This document shows, one piece after another, positions 1 to 12,243 of a stretch of DNA of 64,000 bases (the stretch's first letter is position 1; every line of letters starts with the position of its first letter). Where the stretch lies: NCBI GenBank assembly GCA_000320545.1, contig ADNK01002625.1, forward strand, positions 13,621-77,620, given 5' to 3'. The translations under genes were made by a program, and so were the position numbers. A model generated the notes under the pieces. That model had not been told where the DNA came from. It made no database searches and saw only the letters and a program-made list of their open reading frames with translations. Origin of the DNA: Bigelowiella natans CCMP2755 (lineage: Eukaryota; Protista; Cercozoa).

Positions 1-54
1 GCATCATTTTGAAAAGTTCATGAGAAAACTTCCTTTCTAGCGCCATAATCCTAC

Positions 55-1758
55 CTTGTTCAGGCCCTCCACGAGTTGTGATGAATAAAGTATCTAGATA
101 GATATTGGTGGTGGTATCAACAACGATGAACATTATTTGACCTTTAAAAAGAAGATGAAAGGAATAATATTTGGAGAAACGACGGTAGTAGTATCATCAA
201 AAAGAGACTGCTACCTAGATTGGATCCCCCAATAGTCACTGAGGTAGGGTTATGGCCTTTCACATCCACCACAACATCGATATTGCCTTCTGGAGAGATT
301 CGTATTACTTTTTCTCCTCCTGTTATAGCAACCTGGTATTTGTTGATAAAAAGTGATGATGAGCTTGGCGACTATCACCACGTTAGTAGCGGTTATGTTA
401 TTACACGTGTATAGTCATTTCTTGTGTTTCGTATTCTTCCAAACTATACTACTCGAATATATCTTTCATATTGGTAGCTTGCTTTGTCCATGAATTATTG
501 TTGTTATTGATGATGATTATCACCCATATTCCTCCTTCTGAGTCGGTGTTAGCACCATCAGGCATCCCTGTGTAAATAACAATAAACATTTGTAAGATCA
601 AGTGTAAATAACAAGAAACATTTGTAAGAAGCAGGCACCCATCTTCTCACATCACAACTTCTGCACCTACTACGACTAGTAGTACCACCTGCCATCTCAT
701 TAGGCAATTCTTTGAACAAGATAGGCTCAGAGAGAGGAGATCCGTCAGCAGTTGCATCATACTTAAACTTGAAGATTCGTCGAGTAGGCGTGTCACAGAA
801 ATACATTCCTTTAATTTAAGGAGGAGTAGGAGGAGGAGGAGGAGGAAGAAGAAGAAGAAGAAGAAGAAGAGAAAGAAGAGGACAAAAGGGTATTATAAAC
901 CATCAGCTTTAGGAGGGACCAGTAGCTATGAAGAAAGCTGCTGTAATTACATGGGAGAACACACACACACACACACACACACATCTCGTGATCTACCTTT
1001 TCCATCGGGGGTGAAAGATATGCAGTTAGATACCCTGATAGATTATGTGGGAAAGAAAGAAAGAAAGAACCAAAAAGGAAGAATAGATCATGCCGGTAAT
1101 GACGATGATGTAGAAATAAATCAACAAATGAATAAATAAATGAACATACGTCTAATAGCAAAGGACTAAAAAGGAAGAGATATCAGAGAAAGAGAGGAGA
1201 AAAGTAAATATGATACAGTAAAGATGTTAATGTAGCACTTTTTTTTTATGGAAACAACGATTCATGCCTGTGATGATACTGAAAAACAATGATGATGCTT
1301 ATGTTGGTGCTGCTGCTGCTGCTGCTACTACTACTTGCTACTCATATGTTTATTAGCGTGTGCTCATATCCAACCATAAGAGAAAGATGTTGATGGCGAC
1401 CTGTGCTTTGTGTTCAGTATCTTTCGTAACCCCCCTTCGCTGTCAAGGCGATATAAAGATCCGATCTAAGAGGGAGGGGTTAAAAACAACCAGAAGAACC
1501 AAAAAAGACGTATCATGATTTTTGTAATGATATTACATTTACCTCTTGATTAAATGAAACATCGTAACACTCTCTTCAAAGATGATTCAAATCTTCACAC
1601 CTCCTGTGCATTGAATTTATGCTGAAAGTTATAGCTTCCTACGATAAGATTTCCATTCCTATCACATCTTCCATCGTTTGGCCTGGTATCTAATCCTTCG
1701 TAAGTTGCCTCACTCCAGTCAGAGATTCTCTCAATATTTTCCAATGAATAATAGGAGG

Positions 1759-1794
<36 letters not shown>

Positions 1795-3007
1795 AGTTAG
1801 AAGCGGAGGATGCAGCTGCTGAAGATGATGAAGGCAATAATCGGTAAAAGCCATCTTGTAGACCAACTAGCACTCCACCACTAAACATATTATTATGTGT
1901 TTATCAAATCAACACTCGTTTCTTCTGAGTAGTAATTTGTAATTTGAGGATGCATCATCTATCTAACAAGTTGTTGTTGGTGCAACTAATAACTTATCTA
2001 GCTGCTATTACTATTATCATTTGTAGTAATAGTGGTAGTAGTAGTAAAAATATCTCTAAATGTAGTGAAATGTAGTAACTATATTGTAGTAGATGATGTT
2101 ATTTCCCTACTGTTATGGATGGTATATTCTGATTTGGAATACTAGCACTCTTATTACTATTTATTATTACTATTACTATTAAAATCATTATTTTCACTAT
2201 GTGTATTCTTCATTGAATACCCCTCTCTCAAGGCAACACATCCAACCATGCTGGGCATCGATCTGAAAATAGTAGTAAGTTGTAGTTGTTGGAGAGTAGG
2301 ATATTAGTTCACGTATCTACTGCTGCTGGTGTCTCAACATGAATAATTCATTTTAACTGTAGTGAGGTGGTGTTGCTTGCTACTCGCTATTTACTCGAAA
2401 CAAACCACATCACAAAAATGCTGTACAGTTAGGGGGAGGGGAGAGCTGCCTAATATTCAATAGCTAATTGTATTCAAGGGATTATAATGGTGGAAAATAT
2501 GTAGAGCTTTCATTGTACATCATATATCTTAAAGTAACATATAATAACCATTTGTTATATCTCACGTGTATTATTGCTACTATTCTTTCTAATGAAGTTG
2601 TTGCACGCACACAGATCTAGCCTCCCTTGGTGCTGTAGAAGGATCCCAATACCACAACTTCTTTCCTGAGATGGTGGGGGTGGTAAGTGGACGGAGGAGG
2701 AGGAGGAGGAGGAGGAGGAGAAGGAGGAGGATCAGGATAAAGAGAATTTTATAGGAGGCAGGAAGAACTATCTGGTGCCTATCTTTCCTAAAATGCTGAT
2801 TATAATATGTGTGTGTGTGTGTGTGTGTGTGTACGAATAATCATGTTGATGATGGTCTTACTTCCCCCTCTCCTGTATTTTTTACTACATAGAGTAATAG
2901 TAGTAGTACCTTGAATATCCACCCAATAGAGCTTATTCTCACGTGCACTCCAAACGGGTGACTCTCCTGATCAAATTATTCAAAGCAACACGGAGTAAGA
3001 TACACCT

Positions 3008-3041
<34 letters not shown>

Positions 3042-3714
3042 ATATCGTTTAAAGATCGGCTATTTGTGCTAATAACTGTCACCTACCAAACATTTTTCTT
3101 TTTTTTGCTTTCACTTCATTAATTTCAAAAGCGATTTCAATGTTGATCATACAGCCTGAAAAGAGTCTACGCGTAAAGTGGTATACCAAGATCATTTCTG
3201 CATGGAACTAGCTCCTCTGCTTTCAGATACGTGGCCCCACCTTTCTCCTAATTTAGAAGAAGAAGAGTACAAAACAATAAGAACAAATTATGATGATGAC
3301 AGATGATCATGGAAGGGAGAAGAGAGAGAAGAAGAAGAAGAGTTCAAGAAGAGAAGATCTCACCCAGTTTAGTATTACGATTAATGGTGAAGAAGTGCTT
3401 GTTCATCATATTTGTATGTCTAACCCCCCACCATTACAACTACCATCACCACCACCTCTCCTCATTGAGATTTTCATCATATACAACTCACAACATGCTA
3501 CTAGATATATTATCACTGTTAAATGCCATCATCATCATCATCATCATCATCATTAGTGGTGGCATATCAATATTAACATAGTCGTTCTGGTACATATATG
3601 AATTGTATGCCTGTCACCAACCTCTGCTATTTTTTTAAGGGTATCTTTGGCCTTTTCTAGCTTTTGAGTCACCTCCTCGGATGCTACAGTCAGCTACATA
3701 ATATATCATATTTA

Positions 3715-3753
<39 letters not shown>

Positions 3754-5741
3754 TATATAAACCACAAGACTACGACTGCTACAAAAAGCTTTAAAGTTAA
3801 CTTGGCTACAGCCTGAATGTATGTGTGTATGCATCACATGATGTTGAGAAGAATGCCCTCTATTATTATGTTTCTTATTCTCACTATTGATATTATTCGT
3901 AATGATTATTTGTCACCTTTTTTACTTCTTCAACAGCATCCCACACCTCATTAGCCCCTAGTTAGTTGTAGTGAGAACATAATATTGCATAGAATCATTT
4001 ACTCATCATTCTCATCGTATGCAGCAGCAAACCAATCGATCGATGATGATGAAGATGATGATGATCTTCAGAATAATACATGGTAGTATGTTGAAATCGA
4101 GTCTTTCAGTAACAATTTCGTTACGATTGACCCCTCCAAGCCCTTCGTTTATCATCTACCGCTACTGTAACAACAGTGTAATATATCGTATAATTATCAA
4201 CTGCAACTACTACTACCTATTGGTAGCACGCTTTTCGTGAGAGCCGGCGAAACTCCTTGTTTCACACCTAGCAGCAATGAGCAAAGTTAGGGAGATATAT
4301 CAAACCGTCTACCAAACCGTCATCAAGCTGCTGATAACAAGGGGAAGGAGCATCAACACATTAAATATCGTGTGTGTTTGCTATATGATAGCTAGTTACT
4401 ACTACTCATTTGCTATTTGCTACGAAGTGATTATAGTAGCAGTATGCATTTATGAAAATCTGTCTCGACGATTCTTCTTCTTCTTCTTCTTCTTCTTCTT
4501 CTTCTTCTATTGAAAACATGAAAGGAAGTAGGGTTATACTTCCTACTGACCCAACATTACCTGCTTCTAAAGCGGCCGATGACACGATGTTATTGAATTT
4601 ATCAGCGGAGAGTGAGGCCCTGTGGGTGGCAGAAAGAAGAACAAAAAGAAGATGTGTGTAAGAAGAACAAACAAATATAACTCATACCATGACGTGAGAG
4701 GCCATCGTATTATTTCTCATGTACTTGTTTCTAATGTTATTTCTCATGTACTTGTTAGTTATTAGTATATATAGCTAACATGTAATGAGGAAAGTTATAC
4801 AGCTTTCACCATCTTCTTCTTTTTCTTCATCTTCTTGATCTACATGTTCGTCTTGACTACAATACTTCTTCTACTACTACTTACTACCCGCCAACAAGAG
4901 CTCCATCAATATCAGGCATTTGCAGTAGCTCTGAACTTGTTTCTGGTGTTACACTACCACCGTACCTTAACATTATCATTATCAACAATTTACCATCAGT
5001 ATCCTATCATAAGAACAATATCATCATAATCATCTGTATTTCCAGCACATCTCGATGGAGTCCACATAGTCATCTTGCTATGATGTCATCAAAAACTACC
5101 AGTAGTAGTAATGCACAACACAACACAACGAAGAAGAAACTTCTATTACTGAATCGATATGTAGCTTGCAGCTTCTTTGCCTGTGAAGTAAATCATTCAT
5201 GCAGATGGTGTCATCAAATGCGAGCGGCAAGGTGTCAAGTGGCGTGATGATGTGGTAAGAGAAAGAGGAAAGATGGTTGCTTATAAGATGATGATGATGA
5301 TGATGATACACCTACCATATTGATTCTCAAGCCAGGTTCTGATGACCTAATAACAAACAGTTTAAGAACCTCCCAAGGAAAGGGTTGTAATCGATTTAAC
5401 TAAAGAAAGATCATCGTGAGAGTAGTATTAGTCACTAGGTACTCCTCTCTCGTTTTATTATTTTTTCTTTTGAGCAGAGGAGGAGCAGCAGCAGCATTGA
5501 CCTTATGCACTGCTTGCGCAATCTCAGGTGTTGCGGTTAACCCTGTACCTATTGCCCATACAGGCTCGTATGCAATGGTAAGATGCTGAACCTGAGAGTG
5601 AGTAGAAGGATGCAGTATCATCACACATCGTCATCAGGAGAGGAAAAGGAATAAACTATAACCATCGCCAAACATACATATTATACCATTCCTTCATTCG
5701 ATATTCAAATATGTGTGTCAGCAATAATTGCATGAAGAAGC

Positions 5742-5784
<43 letters not shown>

Positions 5785-6715
5785 TCTCTCCCTCTCCCTC
5801 ACTCTTTCTCCTTTTTTCTCTTTTACTATAGTGTAAAATGTTTTTTTTTTACCACTTCTCGGGTAGATACCCCAGCAAGACCCTGATTGAATCATTAATA
5901 ATAATAATAATAAGGCGATGATAAAAGCAGCAGTAAGTATTGGAACTAAATTATGATGATGGTAAATAATGCTGACTTTAGATAACGACTTACAATTAGG
6001 ATGCTGGTATTGATGATGATAATGGTGGTGTTAAAATGAGGAAAACATAGCTGATAAAGTGTTGTTTCATCTTATTATTTAACATCGTCATCATCATCAT
6101 CATCATCATCATCAATAATACACCAATTAACACCTTTGCCAGTTGTGTAGTGCACACGCTTTCGACAAGATCCGCTTGAAATCTTAAGTATATTTGGTGA
6201 TGCACAATATTAATATTAGTAAGGAAGGAAGGAAGAGGGACGTTATCATACAGCATTTTATGTATGATTTTTATAATTACTAATATTGTACACATAAAAC
6301 TACAGTAGATGTCTTTCACTTTGGCACTTTTAATAGTAGCATGTGCACACCACAAAACAAAGTGAAATAAAAGCAAAAGAAGACTTACTCTTCAAAAGTC
6401 TCCCCTATACAGAGCACAACGTCTAAATCCTTAAAATTGAAGAAAAAAAGGAGGGGGAGGAGAAAGAGCCATATTAGTGATGAACTTGCTTATTGATAAT
6501 TTATAAATATTGTATATGTGAAAGTAGTATCACCTGTGTCAGGGCTGCTTTGACTTTCAAGTTGATTTCCTCGTCTGTTTCCTACATAATGAATTATAGA
6601 AGTAGTAGTAGTATTAGTAGTAGTAGCAGCAGCAATTAGGGGAATCATAAATAAGACTACGACAACGACGAAATGGATGCTTCATGACCGTTGTTAGTAA
6701 TGTCACTATTCCATA

Positions 6716-6761
<46 letters not shown>

Positions 6762-7188
6762 CCTAAAGCAATTCTGAATTCAAAATAACCTTGCAACTAC
6801 TTTTATCTCTTCTATCATGATCTCTTCACTGCTATACTACAGCAGCCTCTCTTATGCATTCACGCACAGGTGTTTATCTTGTTTTACCTTGAATATGCTC
6901 CGTCGTTCACTATGACCTGCCAGTATAGCATAGTCATCATTAAGATATGATGGAAAAGCCAAAATATGAAGAAGAGTAACATATTAACATTCCGAGCTTT
7001 CAGTATGTGAATCTCTTCTCTTTCTTTCTTCTCCCTTTCTCTCTCTCTCGCTCTCGCTCTCGCTCTCTTCTTACCACACAGAACGAAGGATGCTCCTGCC
7101 GATTTGAGCATAGAAGCAGCTACCCCACCAGTGTGAGCCCCACATCTTCCTGAGAGAAAGAAGTAGTAGGTGTCATACACTAGTCCCG

Positions 7189-7225
<37 letters not shown>

Positions 7226-7626
7226 CGTGTGTAACATAAATAAAAACATAATAGCTATACAAGATTGAAAATATCTATCATTGTTTGAGCTAGGATGTTC
7301 TTTTCTACTACTACCCTCCCAATGAAGGTCTTGCGCTCCTACCTTTACCCCAGTACCTTCAATATCACATTAAGACAAACAGAAAGCAACGAGAAGGAAA
7401 CGACGGCAATGATGGTGATGAATGATAATAAAATCCAGCTGATTCATAACTCAAAGGTTGATGAGTATTGGTTTCCAAATCATTTATGTCATACAGCTTT
7501 AACAAACGATTAGAATGAGGTACCCATGATCACATCATTGATATCATTTACACAACATGCAAAATGTGAATAATGGATTCATTCAGCAGCTAAATAAAAT
7601 AATATCGATGATAATGATGACTACAT

Positions 7627-7695
<69 letters not shown>

Positions 7696-8918
7696 AGAAT
7701 ACTTGCTACGACAGGGAGGAATGGGGAAGGAGGTGTAACTCCAATTCGAATACTGGGCAAATCTGGTCTATCCCTTTGAAGGGCTGCAAGCAAGCAAGTA
7801 AGCACCGATAATAGTCGAGTTGTCATCCAAATCAGTTAAATTAAATGTGTGTAACTGCTAGCCTTCTCTTCTATTCTTTCCTATAAAGCAGGCCTATACC
7901 GTGTAATCAAGCTACGACGAAGCTAATGAATTCGACAGCATATATATAATATACACACACAAGTATACATGTACATGCGAAGAAGCACCAATAGCTGCTG
8001 CTCCGACGAGACTTGCAAGAGACTCAGCTTCAGTGACGGTTCCTGGATTCATCTTCCAGTTTCCTAATGGGAGGGGTGGAAGGGAGGGAGGGGAGGGAAT
8101 GGGGTAGTGAGGAAGGAGAATAAGAGGGAGCTGAACTACCACGATTAAAATATCCACAAATCATTGACATCAGTAGCCAACAACGTTATATCATCATCTC
8201 ATCCTCCTTTCGTTTGACCTCTTCTATTCCCATTCATAACTTCAATTAATAATGCTTACTAGCACGTAGTACCTGCTACAAACATTTGTCTTTTCTCTAC
8301 TCCCCCCCCCTCTAGACCATTGGCAGGTCCAGCAATGGCGGATGTGATGGACTCAATCTGATCTTCCTTCGATGCATACGCTGGTGAGATGTGCGCCTTA
8401 TGGTGGTGAGAGAGGGATGATGAGGAAGATACAAAAGGATAACGGGAGACGATGCTCAGAGGATGTCGTCGTAATTGGTTATGATGACGAATTCGTGGCG
8501 AAGCTGGTGCAAAAGCCCGTGTAGTAGGAGCAGTTCTTGACAAGGGTACAGCAGGTCTTATATCACTGCGATGATAACACAATGATGGTCAATGACGATG
8601 GTGACGCCAAGTCACAACAACCGAAGAAATATCGGTGCAAGCGTAGTGGTCATTTGTTGTAGTAGTGAAGGAGATCGAACCTGCTGCTGCTCAACAACAA
8701 CACTCCCAGAGTAGCCGAGATAGTTACCGCAGCAGCCAGAAATCCCACAGCTATGCGAATACTACTTCTTCGACTTCTCTAAGGATCATGCACGAACATT
8801 GGTAGCCAGGGATCAGAAAATCAAAGAATCAAAGAAAATAGCGTGACATTTTGTTGTGATCACTGACCGCCGACGTAGCTTGAGGTTTGATCAGGAGAGG
8901 TGCCTGGATGTGCATCAT
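55..8918 (-). CDS. TPI: Plastid-targeted triosephosphate isomerase fused to a C-terminal SMP-30/gluconolactonase (regucalcin-like) domain; multi-exon, 3' end outside the window
   Basis: Hand-spliced GT-AG exons give a leader (MMHIQAPLL...[21 protein letters not shown], then an R/S-rich transit-like segment). TPI motifs follow: [55 protein letters not shown]. After a linker come SMP-30 motifs: LGESPVW...[45 protein letters not shown]. Confidence 0.85.
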
Positions 8919-9559
8919 CTTGGATCGAACAGATCCTGCCGAAAATCAGGAATACTATTCGACTAAAATGTGTCCTGCAGTTCGCTCAGCACGCGAGTAT
9001 TACAGGGGGGTGTGGCCAAAGGGGAGGTGCAAGCAATCGAACGAAGCTCGTATTTGTACGACAGCCACGTTCGAACTTGTTCTCGTGGTTGGTGTAGGAT
9101 ATGTCGCTACATTACCGGTAAGATCTAAACTAGATCACTCCTGCTTTCTTGTACAACACCGATCAAATGGATCATGGGATTGCGACAAGGAATTAAGACA
9201 CTTTTTTTTAAGTAAATTGCCGTTAGCAAGTTGGGTCATACGGGCCTTCGAACTGTTACATTGGTTCTCCTCCACAAAGCCACGGATAAAATACCCGTAG
9301 TCATATGTACCCAAAATCCACCAAGAATTTCGATGTCGCATCTTACTAAACACAGGTGAAATTTCTAGAAATCGGATTGACATCCAGATATGTTGCTGCT
9401 GCTGTGGCCACGTGACTAGGGTTTCCTTTCGAAAAGAGTCGAGAGGACTCGATGAAACGAAAATCTGTCCGGAAAACATCTACTGGTTGAACTACATTTT
9501 TGAACTACGACAATCTAGAAGTACAGTTCTTCAAAACAATGGGGCAATTTTCCGATGAC

Positions 9560-10900
9560 CTAAAAAAGATCTTCTTGAATCTCCCAGCTGCATGTTTGAG
9601 TTTTGAAACCACAAAATCCCGCAACAAGGAGGAGACGTTGCTTTCCGTGTTCGAACAAACGGAGAAGATTCAAAATCTTGAATCTTGAAGATTCAAAATC
9701 TCTCAAGAACACTCTCGCACTCGTGGTTCGCAATTCCTCTTCTTCTTCTTCTTCTTCTTCTTCTTCTTCTTCGTCATCATCACGGACCTCTCGGCACTTC
9801 AGACTTCTGGACTTTTCTTTTTCCTGGTTTCTTTGCGTCTCCAGCATTCTGGCATCACTGAACTCGCCTTGGATTTTGCGGCACTTGGTGATTTTCGGGT
9901 TTCCTCAGGAAAGTTGATGCTGTGATTAGGCTAGCAGGGCTTCCTGCCCACCAGCCTGGCCAATGGCTGCTGTGGCAAGCCCTCCAGCACCAGCTAGCTA
10001 GACACCTGAAATTCTGTGCTGATGTTGGAATGATGTGCTAGCTAGCTAGCTAGCTAGCTAGTGTGGCCCACACTAGCACACACACGTGGCAAGCTAGCGA
10101 GTCTGCTGTGCAGTCTAGCTCCAGCTGCACTAGCTAGCTAGCTAGCCAGTCCAGCCAGATGGACAGTCGCTCTGCACATGGCTAGCCAGCTAGCTGGGAA
10201 TGATGGACGTGTGTCCACAATGGGACTGCGTTGGCTAGCTAGCTAGTCATTGCTAGCTAGCTAGACATGCGCATGTGGACTAGCGGACCACAGCTAGACA
10301 GCATGCGATGCAGACTGCGCACAGCACCAGACTAGCAGAGCACACTCGCTAGCACTCGATCTGACACTCTCAATCGAATTGGATTTCCAAATTGTTCTGT
10401 TCATGCTGGCATGTTCTCTTTCCCTCGTTCGGCGGCAAACTTGCTAGCTAGCTAGCTAGCTTGTGGCGTGAATTTGACATCCATGCAAAATGATAGACAC
10501 AGCAATGCACTATTTGTGCATTGCATGTCTATCATCAAAAACAGAAAATGAATCTGATTGCCTAGCTAGCTAGCTAGCATGCAGCACTCAGGATCAAGTT
10601 GTCAGCAGCACGTAGCTGCTAGTGACACGCGCTAGTTCCAGTATTAGATGAAGCTACAGGCACACATACTTCAACACATAGACATGCACATGTTCGATCA
10701 CTTGATTGCACAAACTTGCATTGCAACTACTTTCAGCATTTGTGCATGACGAACGTGAGATAGATCTCTAGCAGCTACATGAGCGCGTGATCATGCAACA
10801 TGACAATGGACACAACACATGTGCATGCCGTAGCGTGTGTGCTATGTGCCATGCGTGTAGCACACGTGTACAGCGTCTTTAGGCATGCTGCAACTCTCTT
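9560..10900. other. TpA-depleted, CTAG/CA/TG-rich intergenic island 1
   Basis: In 9563-10493 about 32 TA occur in CTAG and only one elsewhere (TTAG), by hand count. Several (CTAG)n runs. The signal fades towards 10900. Confidence 0.9.
10490..10535. repeat. Inverted repeat (~20-bp arms, 5-nt loop) containing the dispersed TGATAGACACAG motif
   Basis: atgatagacacagcaatgcac-tattt-gtgcattgcatgtctatcat. Confidence 0.8.
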
Positions 10901-11103
10901 CGATCTTAACCATATTCTGAAGGACCAAAACCATTGCAGTTGTATTTGTACACTATTCAACTTCTATTTTATTCCCCCTCTGTATTTGTATCATTCCAAA
11001 GATTAGGGCCTGGGTAATTACATATGGAGAAGGTGAGTTGTAAATCAAATCTACAGATGCCAAAAAGAACATAGTGTGAATCTTGATATATTTCGTAGTT
11101 GTG

Positions 11104-11648
11104 CTACTTACTACCACCAGAGTCTGACGCACGCCCCCCGTTGAATGATTCTCGATGATATTGCTTGGGGAAAAAATGTGCTATATCAACAACTAATGGC
11201 TGGTGGTCACTGCTGAGCTTCTCCACGGCAAGTCTTTTACAAATCATACATCATATAAGCTGGTTATAGAGAATTTTAGATAATTATACATGCCATGATC
11301 TTCTTCACTATCACTCATAAAACTTAACATGCCATGAAACTACAATGTGTGCAACAACGAAAGTGTAGTGTACACCCTAGACTTACTTCTCAGCAGCTTC
11401 ATGCGGTATGGGTACCACACCGAGAGGGCCAAGCTTCTTTGTGCACCATACGTATCTATAAATAGCAACCACACATAATATTTGCAGTAATATTGTTATC
11501 AGTTTATCGTATATTCTCAAAACTCTTTGCACTTACTCAACAACAGAAGTCTGGACGAGCTTCTTGCGACGATACCTACATGCAATAGTTTATGATGAGC
11601 CCATAGGACACACCAGCTCATCACACACACTTACACACACACGCACAC

Positions 11649-11692
<44 letters not shown>

Positions 11693-12210
11693 GCATATAA
11701 TAAATAATACCTTGGTTCATGACCCAATATTGTATTTATGCATATAATAAATGATACCTTGGTTCATGACCCAATATTGTAGCGTAAGCACTTCGCATCA
11801 TGAAGGGGTTGGATAAATCACCGGGAATGACAGTACAGCCTTTGATATCAGCGTCGTCTGCATGAACAACTCCATGCTTCATATATCGGTAAATGGAACT
11901 GGTAGGAGCGCTATTGAAATCCCCTATTAAACAATAAATCAACAACAGTTATGTATAAAATTATTGTTTGGGAGATGGACAAAACAATTATCACCATCAT
12001 CATCCACCGATAATAATTTATTAATTTAGATTAATGATAATATCACGCTCCCCCCCCCCCCTCCTCCTCCTCCTCCTCCTCCTCCTATAATAGTCTTTTA
12101 TTTATATTTCAAGAATAGTTGCTGCTTCTTGCTTACACACCTGCGACAACTATCCTTGGGTTTGAGATTCCCTTGCACATGTTTGAGATGGCATTCATAA
12201 CCTACCATAG

Positions 12211-12243
<33 letters not shown>

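Noticed and set aside
811-1161. Many short ORFs with poly-S/V/H or CVCV/YIYI tracts across the window
   Set aside because: They are translations of intronic microsatellites.
4707-4757. Short intronic tandem duplications (also ~26530-26625, ~29182-29237)
   Set aside because: Ordinary local slippage with no further structure.
8930-9700. Overlapping ORFs upstream of TPI as a gene or transposase
   Set aside because: No recognisable motif or consistent splice model. It may be a degenerate repeat.
9560-10900. Explaining the islands by fungal RIP or methyl-CpG decay
   Set aside because: RIP raises TpA and CpG decay depletes CG. Here TA is lost and CG is retained.
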